In this document: one piece after another, positions 28,652 through 46,300 of the stretch
Position numbering within the stretch: position 1 is the stretch's first letter
Layout of the letters: each line of letters opens with the position of its first letter
Source: the human T2T-CHM13v2.0 reference genome, Homo sapiens
Strand: one strand, 5' to 3'
NCBI RefSeq assembly: GCF_009914755.1
Contig: NC_060925.1
DNA length: 64,000 nucleotides
Translations under genes and position numbers: made by a program
Notes under the pieces: generated by a model
Told to the model about the DNA's origin: nothing
Database searches by the model: none
Seen by the model: only the letters and a program-made list of their open reading frames with translations

Positions 28652-29677
28652 ATGAGGAAAAACCAGTGCAAAAAGGCTGAAAATTCCAAAAACCAGACAG
28701 CCTCTTCTCCTCTAAAGGATCACAACTCCTCGCCAGCAAGGGAACAAAGCTGGACGGAGAATGAGTTCAATGAATTGACAGAAGTAGGCTTCAGAAGGTG
28801 GGTAATAACAAACTCCTACGTGCTAAAGGAGCATGTTCTAAACCAATGCAAGGAAGCTAAGAACCTTGAAAAAAGGTTAGATGAATTGCTAACTAGAATA
28901 ACCAGTTTAGAGAAGAACATAAATGACCTAATGGAGCTGAAAAACACAGCACGAGAACTTTGTGAAGCATACACAAGTATCAGTAGCTGAATAGATCAAG
29001 CAAAAGAAAGGATATCAGAGATTGAAGATCAACTTAATGAAATAAAGGGAGAAGACAAGATTCAAGGAAAAAGAATAAAAAGGAATGAACAAAGCCTCCA
29101 AGAAATATGGGACTATGTGAAAAGACCAAATCTATGTTTCACTGGTGTACCTGAAAGTGACAGGGAGAATGCAATCCAGTTGGAAAACACTCTTCAGGAT
29201 ATTATCCAGGAGAACTTCCCCAACCTAGCAAGGCAGGCCAACATTCAAATACAGAAAACACAGAGAACACCACAAAGACACTCTTACAGAAGAGCAACCC
29301 CAAGACATGTAATCATCAGATTCACCAAGGTTGAAATGAAGGAAAAATTCTTAAGTGCAGCCAGAAAGAAAGGTCGGGTTACCCACAAAGGAAAGCTCAT
29401 GAGACTAACAGCAGATCTCTCTGCAGAAATCCTACAAGACAGAAGAGAGTGGGGGCTAATATTCAACATTCTTAAAGTAAAGAATTTTCAGCCCAGAATT
29501 TCATATCCAGCCAAACTAAGCTTCATAAGTGAAGGAGAAATAAAATCCTTTACAGACAAGCAAATGCTGAGAGATTTTGTCACCACCAGGTTTGCCTTAC
29601 AAGAGCTCCTGAAGGAAGCACTAAACAGGGAAAGGACCAACCGGTACCAGCCACTGCAAAAACATACCAAATTGTAA
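28652..29677 (+). pseudogene. L1 ORF1p, disrupted by a premature TGA at 28988-28990
   Basis: MRKNQCKKAENSKNQ... and ...RPNL...IIQENFPNLARQANIQIQ...YPAKLSF...QPLQKHTKL*. Confidence 0.92.
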
Positions 29678-29740
29678 AGACCATCGACACCATAAAAAGA
29701 CTGCATCAACTAATGGGCAAAATAACCAACTAGCATCATA

Positions 29741-33906
<4,166 letters not shown>

Positions 33907-34854
33907 AACAATGAGAACACATGGACACAGGGAGGGGAACATCACACAACGGGGCCTGTCAGGGGATGGGGGGCTAGGGGAGGGATAGCATTAGGAGAAA
34001 AAAAAAAGAAAAACTCTGCCATTGATTATTAAATAAATGTTTTTGCCTAGGGTTATTGTAAAGGCAATTGCTTCTTGGTGCATCTATTTGGCAAGCTTAA
34101 AACAAATCGGATTCTATCCTGCTTTAGTGACACAAGGCAAGATAGTATATTAGCCACTTTCGCTTAGTGCAAGTGAGTTTATAAGTTTCCTTTCTTTAAT
34201 TACATTAACAATGTTCCTGAGAACAGATTTTGTGGAGGAAGGTGAAGAATACTTGTGAACAGTAAGTGATGGGATGAGAGACAGTGAGGAAAGGGAGCCT
34301 GAGGGCTTTGCCCCCTGGACTCTGCCATACAAAATGCACAAGATAATGCTATTTATACATTAACATAAACACCCAGATACATTTTTGACTCATTTATTTG
34401 CAACAGTCAATCAAGGACTGTGAGCCAGGCACTGTGTCAGATGTGGGAATCTAGGTCATCAGAATCCTAGCCTGTTATCCAAGAGGTACAACCAAACTGC
34501 AGGGAGAGAAGACAAAAAGATTATCTGTATCTTCCATTCTAAGAAACTAAAACCAGCCAGTATACCTCAGTCTGAGACTGTGTGCTGTTAAGGCTCTACG
34601 TGAGAGGCATGCCACTCCTGTGGTGTCCTTGGATAACACCAAAGCTGGATGGAAATGATCACCTTGAACACTGAAATCTGAGATTCCCATTGTGATTATG
34701 CTATTGAAGAGATAGGGGAGTTGGTTTAATCTAACAGACCTTGTTCATTGAATTTTTGTTTTCCTATTGTCAGACACTTCCTAAGATCTTTAAGGCAGGT
34801 CAAATAAACCCTCTGATGTACTTGCTCAAACAACATAATTGGGTTCACCACTAC

Positions 34855-35535
<681 letters not shown>

Positions 35536-35951
35536 TATTTTCTCTAATTTTTTATCTAATTTTTCTTGACTATCAAGAAATTAAAAGCAATGCTTTATGT
35601 TAATTAGTAATAATGTTCTTAAGTCTAACTTTTCTGAACAATTTTCCTCTCCCTCTACCTTTGATTTAGCCCTATTTTATTATTGATTCTGTGATGATGG
35701 TTTGGAGGTGTTTGTATTCCTGCATTTTATTACAAGCCCTTAATATTCCTTTTGGACATATAAGTAAAACTCAGTGTTAAAATCTGACTCTTGTTGACAG
35801 TTTCAACGCAGACACAATATGATTGGTACCTGGTTACCAAAGTGAGAGTAAGACAATTCCTCCTCCTGCAATATGCAGAATTTGTAAAGGGAAGTAAGTC
35901 CCCTCCCTCCACTCACTTGTAAACATTTCACCCAGATGAAAGATAAAATGA

Positions 35952-36245
35952 GGATCGGGTGCTGTGGCTCATGCCTGTAATCCCAACACTTTGGGAGATC
36001 AAGTTGGGTGGATCACTTGAGGCCAGGAATTCAAGACCAGCCTGACCAATATGATGAAACCCCATCTCAACTAAAAATACAAAAATTAGCCAGGCCTGGT
36101 GGTGGGAGCCTCTAGTCCCAGCTACTCGAGAGGCTGAGGCATGAGAATTGCTTGAACCTGGGAGGAAGAGGCTGCAGTGAGCCACTGCACTCCAGCATGG
36201 GCAACAGAGTGAGATTCTGTCAAAAAAAAAAAAAAGAGAGAGAGA
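35952..36245 (+). mobile_element. Alu (J/S-type)
   Basis: Dimer with a small deletion near the 3' end and an A/GA tail. TSD-like agataaaatgagg / agataaaataagg. Confidence 0.92.
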
Positions 36246-37122
36246 GATAAAATAAGGCCAGAAGAGGGAGAAGGAGGTATTGATGACAACACTTAGAGCT
36301 GTGGCCATTCTGTGAGTCCTTACCCACTTTCTTTTGCAGGAAGAACTGGGAGCAATGAAACTTTCTAACCAGAAGCGTGGTAAGGAGACTTCAAGGGAAT
36401 TTCTAAAGTAGCTTTGAAAAATATTTCTTGCTATTAGGAGATACAAAGAATGGGTGCCTGCCTCCATCTGATACAGCTAAAGCTGATACTGGACTAGTCT
36501 GACCCCACCCAGAAAATCTGTCTGGAAAAGAAAGGCCAACTGCTTGGTAGTGGAGGCAGGAGAATTTTGCTATATTGAGGTGGGCTCATACTCTCTTAGT
36601 TTGTAGGGGCAAGGCATGTGTACAAATTTCCTATGCATAGATGGGAGACTCATGGAAGAGTCATAATCAGTGGAGTGACTGTCGCAGAATTTCAAGTAAA
36701 CCCTAGAATAGGCATGCATTCTTTTGGATCAGAGAGTAAATGTGTGCCAAAGCATCATTTGTAGCTTCTACCTGATGGAAATCTCTAAACTGTTAACTTT
36801 TCAGTCAATCAGATTTTGTCTTCTCCTTCTCTCTAATAAAAATATGTCCTCCCAAAGGAAATTGCCTAATTGGGGTGGAACACAAAGGCAGGAATTTCAT
36901 TTTCAAGATGTACCGATACACTTCATCTAAGGAGTTTGTTGACTAGATTACATCCCTTTTCAATTAACTGCCATCTTCAGAAGCGGAAACTTAATCCATA
37001 GTCATATAGCATGCTCTTGTTTGATGGGGCAAAATGGAAGGCAAAAACAGTGTGAGAAGGGTTGACAATGGCTTTGATGGTGAATGTGGGCAGGGTGGAG
37101 AAAAGGAGGTAGGTAAAAGTCA

Positions 37123-37134
37123 GAAAGTGAAACT
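37123..37134. promoter_or_regulatory. Consensus ISRE (AGTTTCACTTTC)
   Basis: GAAAGTGAAACT on the plus strand is an exact match to AGTTTCNNTTTC. Confidence 0.35.
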
Positions 37135-37330
37135 GTTGACTAACTCATCGGAAATGGGAACAGCTATGATGAAAAGTCAGTTGCATCCAGCTCTCACTTC
37201 TGCCTAACACTTGCCAAACAGTGTTTCATATGGGCAAAGATTGCTATGATGTACCTTTGTGTTCCCTGGATTACTAACTCTAGTCTGATGACCCACAGAT
37301 AAATCAGCTGCAACCCAGTTATCAGCATGT

Positions 37331-37336
37331 TTTATT
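37331..37336 (-). terminator. Candidate distal polyadenylation signal AATAAA of TNFSF18
   Basis: Plus-strand TTTATT. On the minus strand it is followed by G/U-rich sequence (gggttgc...tctgtgggt). Confidence 0.55.
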
Positions 37337-37596
37337 ATAGATTTAAAATGCAGACTACTATGTGGAGAAACAGGAAAACAGTATACATTGAAAACAAAAG
37401 CTAAAATTATAACATCAGGAAAATGTAAAGGTCACCTGTTGGTAGTCATCCCTCTAGCTGCAGCTGTAGTAACCTCTGCTTGCCCTGAGAAATCACCAGT
37501 ATGCCAAATTTTTACAATTTCATTTTCTCCCTTAGTCTGCCATGATTATCCCAGGAATGAAGCGGGGGCAGAGAGGAGTCATTAAGGAGAGTTTCA

Positions 37597-37783
37597 CAGT
37601 GGTGTGCTGGTGAACTAGCTGTCCAAAAGGAAAATGTGTAGTGTTTGCCAATTTACATGGTATAAATACTCCCACCATAGCCAATTTCAAGAATGCCTAT
37701 AGTTAATAACTAAAGTGCAACATTCCTGAAAATTTAATAATATGTGCTTATAAGCTAGCACCAGCCCACTCCAGCACACATTG
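37597..37783. mobile_element. MER63-like hAT MITE within the putative 3' UTR
   Basis: TIR-like ends CAGTGGTGTGCTGG and CCAGCACACATTG. Confidence 0.6.
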
Positions 37784-37819
37784 CTTATAACACAACAAAG
37801 ATCAAGAACACCAAGATTT

Positions 37820-37842
37820 TATATGTATACATATATATACAC

Positions 37843-37879
<37 letters not shown>

Positions 37880-37885
37880 TATGTA
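37820..37885 (+). repeat. (TA)n(CA)n microsatellite in the putative 3' UTR
   Basis: Directly visible. Confidence 0.95.
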
Positions 37886-39480
37886 TGACACACTTTAATT
37901 TCCTGAGAAGATATGCAAATGCAACAGAAACAAGCTCTCCAAGTCTTTGGCCCTGTAGCTACTCAGCAGATGTTTTTTTAAAAAGTCATACTAAGAAACA
38001 ACTTGGCCTCAGGCTTAGCATGCTCCTGAGCAATTTTTGTTAAACAAAATACAAAAAAAAACCTCTTTTAAATAGCTTTACATGTAATATTATTTAACAT
38101 AATGCAGCTTTTCACAAATATCCATAAATATTTTAAATTTGTTTACAATGTAATATTATATACCTTTCAACAAGAACCTGCAAGTAGCTAATTTAAGAGT
38201 CCAAAAATTTTGAATTAGTGCTATTTATTATTTTAGAAGTTAGCACATTTGACTAAGATGGGCCCTGCAAAGTGAAGAGGGGAATTTGGTTGGGATAAGG
38301 CCTGAACAGCATCCTGGATCTCCCTGATTCAGGCAGGAAAAAAAAAAAAAGTGTGCTGGTAAAGGAAAGATCTGTTGTAGCTTCACTCTGCTCACCTTGG
38401 GCTAAAGGGGAATATGCTTCCTGAAAAGTGAATTCGCTAAGTTTTAGAGTCTTATAACACGATAGCAGAAATAACAATTCTAAAGCTGAGACAGTGCAAT
38501 GCAGGGGACAACCCATTGCCTCTTGTAGTCACTTGTCCTATGAGTTGAGGAAAGTTGGCTATGCTATGCTATCACATTCTCATCACTAAAATTTTCCCCC
38601 AAATGCCTGCCCAATTAACTTCATAGAATTGCTAACTGTTTTACGAAAGCACTTTGCAAACTGTGGAAAGCTAGCTAAAAATACTAAATCATTACATGAC
38701 ATAATCCAGTAATGATAATACCATTCTGGGGTTAAACCTAATGATTACTAATGGTTACTCTTTCTTTACAATTAGCAATGTTTAGACACACACACCAACA
38801 GTAAGTTCTCACAAAGCTCTACGTGAGGGTTCGGAATGACTCCTTTGATAAGGCTTTTTAAAGCACCCTGCATCCTGAGGAAGATAAAACCAAGAGAAAT
38901 TTCCAGATAGCGTACATTCCATTTTATGCCACTTGTACCTCTATTCCAATAGTTCTCAGATTGTTCTTTATCTTCTAACACCACCATATCTAAAGTAGGG
39001 TATGGTAGGCATATCTGTGGCCATCCTATCAGTCTACTTTTTATTGGGAGGGTCTCAGAAGATGGGAGTATGAGAAGAATGAATTACAGCAGCCCAAGAA
39101 TATGAGAACAAAGCCAGGCTACTGCCCCAGATCCTTTTTGCATACCAGGTAAATCTTCCATGGGAATAGAACTCCATTTTTCCACTCATGAATTCAAGAA
39201 TTAGATAAAGATTCTTTGAAAAGCACATGTCCTCTGTCATCCATATTTGTTTTATCATGGATTAATGAAGTATCTCTGCAGATCCAACCAAAAGTCTTTG
39301 GCTCTTCCCCTGAGTCTCTTTCAGATAGGCATGATAGATGAAAATTCACGTGCAGAGGAGTTCTGTTTGTGTTGATTTTTGTAGACAGACAAACTCTAGA
39401 AATTGAATATCTTCTCCCTCCAATCCACCCACTGGCACCTCTACATGTGCTGAAGGGAATGAGGAGATCAAATCAAGTCT

Positions 39481-39827
39481 CTAGGAGATGAATTGGGGAT
39501 TTGCTAGTAAAATGATACCCCAGTATGTATTATTTTTTAGAACCTGATGCTCAGAGTTGAATATCAAGTCTATGGTGTCCCCAACATGCAATTCATAAGT
39601 CCCTCCTACATTTTGGATTTTAGATTTGTTTGTTAGAGTTTGTATCATGTCTTTGTTTTTATACAGCCGCACCTCAAAAGGAGCTACATCATTGTAGTTT
39701 GCATTGGGAGCCACTTGGCCATAAATTAAATATAAGCCATTCTGAAGTATCTCCAGCTTCCAGTCAGACACCTTATTCACGCAAGGAGGTTCAGAAGATG
39801 CCATTTGCCATTTTGAGGGTAATGGTC
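39481..39827 (-). CDS. TNFSF18: TNFSF18 coding exon 3: TNF homology domain to stop codon
   Basis: Acceptor tttcttatag|GA at 39828/39827. Encodes (G)PLPSKWQMASSEPPCVNKVSDWKLEILQNGLYLIYGQV...NNTYWGIILLANPQFIS*, with TNF-family motifs GLYLIYGQV and TYWG. 156+31+347 = 534 nt = 177 aa + stop. Confidence 0.98.
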
Positions 39828-40289
39828 CTATAAGAAATATACAAGGATAAAAAAGATGAAAGCATAGTTATTTCATTATTTCATCCTTTTCCAGATTGTA
39901 GTTAATTATTTACCACATACATGTTGTTTCTTTACCTGATCTACACTAGTTCTCTTCAAGCAGAATTTTTCTATTTTAAGTACCTATCTACTCCTTGTTT
40001 TAGAGAAATTGCAAATCCAAAGAGTATTTCTTGCTTGGAGCAAGAATTCTAAGGAAAAGAATTTGGAATAGAAAAATGACTTAAGTGACTTTGCATCTCT
40101 TGTTGATTAATATTTGTGGGAAAAAGAAAGGAGAAGAAAAGACTAATGGAGAAAGAAATCACAAGCCAAAATTTTGAAAACCAGGGTTGGCAGTCCATGC
40201 CTTTCCAGGCATTTTCGGTGTAAATACCACTGGCTGTTTATCACTTTATCAGTGTGGCTTTCCTTAATTATGCTATATTAAAAAGTGTT

Positions 40290-40520
40290 CTCCTATCATT
40301 CCCTCATTTTACCTTGCTTGAGTTTTCTTCATAAAGTGTGTCAGTGTCTAGGATGTTATAAACTAAATTGTTCATTTGTTTATTGTCCATCTTGTATCAC
40401 TTTGAATGTAAAATTTTTTAGGACAAATATATCTCTATTTTGTTCATTCTTGTATTTTCAGCACCTGAAAAAGTCCCTGGTACCTGGTAGATGTTCCATA
40501 AATATTTATTGATTGAATGA
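40290..40520 (+). mobile_element. L2 3' end in intron 2
   Basis: cctggtacctggtagatgttccataaatatttattgattgaatga is a typical L2 terminus. Confidence 0.65.
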
Positions 40521-42052
40521 TACTTCCATGTTCCTGAATTAGGTGCTTTGTGTCTAAATTATGGCTGTTCTCCTCAGTTTGTAGGTATATATCATTTAAG
40601 ACCTACTTAGGATTCATTAAATAAATCCCCCAAAAATAGCTAATTGTAAATTTATGAGTTTATAAATAGAAATAACTTGACTATTTAAATATAAGGATCC
40701 CTAGTGCAATACTGTCCCAAATGGTAAAGAAAAGGTAAAGACCTAATCATTCATTTTCATTAGCACATATGAAACTTAGATGTTTGCCTAACATTACTTG
40801 GTTTTGCACAGCAGTGTGATCTCACAGCCCCGGGAGGTGCTTTTACCACCCAGAATGCTTATCTGTTCTGCAATTCTCCATAATTTTTGTCCTTTGTCCC
40901 ATAATTAAAAAGAAAACTTGATGAGGAAACACCCTGGAAGAGGTAACATTTTTACTTCAATGCTCATTCATATGAATGACTAATATAAGACTCTGAAGGT
41001 AGATTCTGGAGGAGAATGAAAGAGCGATCACTAGAACAAAAGACAAAGCCACCCAGTATCGCCAATGAGCTCGGAGCCCAGTAAATTTCTTCTTCCTTGA
41101 CATGTAATAGGCAATAGGCAGGTCACCAGGAAGAAGTGTCATTGGTTCTCCCATTTAATTCTGTGAAAGGGGGTCATTTAAAGACCACCTTAGCATCACT
41201 TGAGTTTCTCAACTTTTACCACATCAAGGCATAATTTCACACATGCCATGCATTCCATTCCACTTATGGGCAAAACAAAAACAAAACACAAAGAAAGAGA
41301 CAGGCAAAAGGACATTTTCTAATTCCCACAAGCCAAGGAAACCTACTGGTTTAAACTATATAGGAACACAGGGGTTGCAGAGTTAACTCTAGAAATGGTC
41401 TGTTCTCAACTGAAAATGTATGTTTGGCCTGAAACCTATAAACAACTTTAAAAAAAATGTATTTATCTGAAATTTTCCATGTATTCTAAGAATCTAAGGC
41501 TCAGTGTAACTGTAAACTGGTGTGTTTTCTAAGCAAATATCAGGTGACCACAAGGGAAAATGACTCAGAAGCTAAGCTTAGAAGAGAAAATAGTAGAGGA
41601 AGTGGCCACTTTTCCAACTCTCATTGCTCTTCTATACATTTAGAAACAACAATGGCACTCTCTCACATACTCCATTGGACATTAGCAATATGTGAAACAT
41701 GAGAAAGACTTTAAGGAAAGGTTGTAGAAATCTGAAACTTGTTGTGTTTATTAAAACACAGAATTAAAAGGAGATTCCCGGATCTCAGATTCATAGGCCA
41801 GTAAGAGAGATGCTCATTCCTGGCCAGAGATGCAGCCTTCAACATAAGCTTTATCAGGGCATGGGCTTCTTTTGCCTGGTTTACCTCTGAAAGCCTCAGC
41901 TCTTGGGCAACTGCCCAGTACATGATAAGTAATTATACATAGTAGCTCAGAAATGAATAAAAGAAAATACAGGTTTTCTTGAGATCACTGACACCTGCCT
42001 TCTTGCATCAAAAACTAAGAAAAGTAAAAGACATGCAAGATAGGTTACTCAC

Positions 42053-42083
42053 CAAACTTAGCCATACAGGGCTCCTTAGCAGT
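42053..42083 (-). CDS. TNFSF18: TNFSF18 coding exon 2 (31-nt micro-exon, TAKEPCMAKF+G)
   Basis: Minus strand reads ttttatttccccaacag|ACTGCTAAGGAGCCCTGTATGGCTAAGTTTG|gtgagt. The acceptor and donor are canonical, and the exon joins exons 1 and 3 in frame. Confidence 0.96.
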
Positions 42084-42849
42084 CTGTTGGGGAAATAAAA
42101 GATGAATTGATTAGGATGATGACAGTGTCATTAATTTTTTTGATTGATTTATTTAGAGCTTTGAATTCCTGAAGCAAACTAGTGTTCTATAACCATAAAA
42201 AAAATCCTTCCCTTCACCATGTCTCAGCCCTCTCAGCCTCCCTTTAAAGTTGAGTGGCTCCATCCTTTACCTTTTATTACCTAGCTTCCCTTTTAGGTCT
42301 TTTAGACAAAGGTCAAGATCTCATTCCATTACCTAATCTATACCTACAGGACAACTATTTGATATCGGACCCCCCCCCCAACCTTGGGCTCTAGAAGTTT
42401 TTCAACAAAATAGCAGTTTCCACACCCCAGTGACTGCACAAGGTGATCTGTTGGCATGTGAAAGGAAAATAGTGAAGCTTCTATTTATGTTTATTTTATT
42501 TAAAACAGTAAATTAAGCCCTAGAAATATTTACAACTCAGATTGATGAAACCACCCATGTATAATATTCAGATAACTACATGTCATATACAGTATCTGAG
42601 ATACCCTGAAAAACAGTTCCAAGTTTCAGACTACTGCAATGTACGGCAGTTCACATGCTACAAGATGCCATCAGTGTGTGGTTAATTTTACAAACACAAG
42701 TAGTTAATGCTAAATGCTCAAAAATACGTTGTAGTAAATTAAGGCATAACCACAAACATTTTTTGTATCACCCAAAGGTTATTGGTTTCCTAATGGCAAA
42801 GTGCTTAAAAGACTTTTTGAACTTAAACGTGTTGCACACTTTCCTTTTG

Positions 42850-44420
42850 TAGGATTTCTCTGGCTGCTATGCTAGGAACAAATTAAACAGAGGCAAGGGC
42901 AAATGTAGTGAGACTAGCTAAGAGATCATTACAGTCATTCATCTAGGCAAGAGAGCTTGGTGTCTCTGACCAAGGTGCTAGCTCTGTAGATGGTGATACT
43001 TGGTTGGAAAATAGAGCCAACAGAAGTTCCTGACATGGATATGGGGTAGGGAATGAGAAGAAACAAAGATGACTCCAGTATTTTAGGCCTGCATAATTGG
43101 AAAGATGAAGTTGTTATTCACTAAAATGGATAAGATGTAAGAGGAATAAATGGGGAGGGGAACAATGATGAGTTTGGTTGTGGACATATTAGTTTGTGAT
43201 GCTTATTATAAATCCAAGTAAGTGTGTCAAGCAGGCTGAAATTTAAGGAGCTCTGGTGATATACATTTAAGAGTCTTAAGCTCATAGTTGATGTTTTAAG
43301 CTGTGAGATTGTATGAGGCCATCATGTTAGTGGGTGTAGATGGAGAGGAACACTGGGGCGTTGTGATGTTTAGAGGTCGGAGAATGAGAAAGAACAAGCA
43401 AGGGACAATAGAAAGGAAAAGCTGAGTCTGAAAGGAAACTAGGAGAGTCTGATGTTTGGAAGCCAAGAAAAGAAAGTATTTCATGAAGGACGAGTGATCA
43501 GCTGGTGTCAAATGCTGTTGATAGATCAAGTAAGAAGAGTACAGTGAATTGACTGATAGATTGAGCAACATGGTAGTCACTGGAGTTCTTGACAAAATTA
43601 GTTTCTGTGATATGTGAAGAGGGCAGAAGCTTAGTTAAAATAAATTTAAGGGTAAATGGGACAAGAGAAGTTGGAGGAATTTTGCTGTAGGGAGAGCAGA
43701 AAAAAATGAGTGGAGTTTGGATGAGGATGAGAGATCAAAGAGGTTTTTTGTTGTTGTTGTTGTTGTTGTTACGTTTTAATGTGAGAGAAATGACAACACG
43801 TTTTTCTATTTCCATTTGATGGAAATGTTTCTGTAAAATGGATGAGGCATAATATGTAAGAGCGAGGAGAGAACTGTTGCAGCAATGTCCCTGAGTAGGC
43901 AAGAGAGGATAAGATTTAGTTCATAGATGGCTTGGATAGATGCATGGACAATTTATCCATAGTGACAAGACAGAATAACAGTATACCTGGACACAAATGC
44001 CAATGAGTTGTTGATATTGGAACTTCTTTCCTCCGTACTTCTATTTTCTCTTAAAATATGGAGGCAACGTTATCAGTGGAGAGTGAGAATGGGGAAGAGT
44101 TATTAGATGTTTGAAGAGAAGCTAAAGGTATGAAATCATCCAGTAGAGGAGAGTGAATGGATTGGGGAAACATGGGCTGTTTCCAGAGCAACAATGAAAT
44201 CCACTTGAAGGCAGTGGCTGTGAATTTAAAGTAAGACCTTTCAAAAAATTTTATGTTTTTCTTCAGATATATTCAACAGTGAAAGAGACAGAGCAGTTGG
44301 ATTTAATCAGCATTGGAGGTTTTCCATAGTCGAGCTTTTGTCATTAGAGTATAATGAAGATAGAGAGAAGCAAGTGAGTGAGTTTATGCGAGGGAGGTGT
44401 TAAAGCTATAGATCTTGGAA
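42850..44420 (-). mobile_element. L2 (long fragment) in intron 1
   Basis: Minus strand 43530-43501 translates LDLSTAFDTS, the L2 RT motif DLSAAFDT. The plus strand is purine-rich. Confidence 0.8.
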
Positions 44421-44952
44421 TTTAGTTGTGGAAGGAAGGAAAGAGAGGCATCCATCATTGAATGATGGATTGAAAATTAAGTGGTATGACATGATAAGAA
44501 TATCCAAAGATGTGTTCTTCCATTTTAATCTATATTTGTTTGTCGGGTAATTTTTCAGTCATGATAGTCAAAATCATGAAACAAGGTAAATTAACATATC
44601 AAACTTCAAATTGCTGTATCACATAGTGTTAAGCTCAGATTAAAAAATAAAATAAATGCATTCACCACGTTATTAAAATATTTTACTTATTTTAGTAATG
44701 TTTATGACATATTAATGATTATAGAAAATATAACATTTTGGTGAAAGCAAAATGGTTTTGCATTGTGAGAGTTACATTGAATATATTATTTGGCTCACCC
44801 TTATAAATATATATTTTGTGTATCTCTTTAGTGTACATATTATTAGTACTTGTATATAGTATAATAATTAGCATACAAATGTTGGGAATTATACTGATAA
44901 TATGTTATTGAAAGGGAGGTGCAATTAAAAAGTCTGAAAGCCACTATTCTAG

Positions 44953-45560
<608 letters not shown>

Positions 45561-46109
45561 TGAAGAATTGAACTACAATTTAAGCATCCATATTTCCAAC
45601 ATTGTACAGCATTGTAAGCATGAGAAACAAATGTAATTTTTGGTCCTTGCTTCTCAAGAAGTTTATAATCTTTCTAGAAAGACATGATTACACACCCAAA
45701 GCAATTTGGTAACAATCTAAATATGAATGAGTGCCAAAATACGTGCCACAGATAGTATCTGCACCATCTACTAGCATGTATGAGATGTGCTCAGAGAAAC
45801 CTAAGCTATAGACAACCTAAGTCCAAACTAATTTCCAGAGTCAGAAATTCCGTATAATATACTGCAGGCTGCTTTATGTCTATTTAGCGCTACAGAGACC
45901 ATCACTGTGATACTCTCTAATTATTGCCACCACTAAAAATCCATCTAATTGCAAAATCATAAATTTGGCTCTGAGATATAGTGTTTGATTGAGAGAGTGA
46001 TATAGGTAGGCAAAGACTATCCATATTGTTAAATGGTCTTGTTAAATTTTTGCCCATTATTATCTCATTAATAGTAATGGGGCAAATATTAATCACTCCC
46101 CTCTACTGG

Positions 46110-46300
46110 GAGCTACTTTATGTCAGATACTCTACTGTCTCATTAATCCTTAGCACAACTCTACAAAAATTAGGTTGCTCATTTTGCAGATGAGGAAATG
46201 AGGATGAGAGGGATTAAGTAACTAGCCTAAGGTCATGCAGCCAATAAAAGGCAAGAATGAGATCTACACCCAGCCTGTCTGGGTCAACACTCTCACCTCT
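46110..46300 (-). mobile_element. MIR
   Basis: cattttgcagatgaggaaatgagg...gattaagtaactagcctaaggtcatgcagc. Confidence 0.7.

Larger units (their letters stand above)
37310..39480 (-). other. TNFSF18: Probable TNFSF18 long 3' UTR
   Basis: Follows the stop codon. Minus-strand AATAAA at 39045-39040, 38229-38224 and 37336-37331; AUUUA cluster at 38069-38138. The end point is inferred from the distal signal. Confidence 0.6.

Noticed and set aside
35928-36467. 179-aa minus-strand ORF downstream of TNFSF18
   Set aside because: The C-terminal half is antisense Alu translation ([16 protein letters not shown]...); no domain or splice support.
38617-38630. Roquin CDE-like loop UUC-UAU-GAA in the 3' UTR
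   Set aside because: Only three contiguous base pairs before a mismatch or bulge, too weak to call without conservation data.
39630-39833. Plus-strand ORF overlapping exon 3
   Set aside because: A short antisense shadow of the real coding exon with a non-ATG start.
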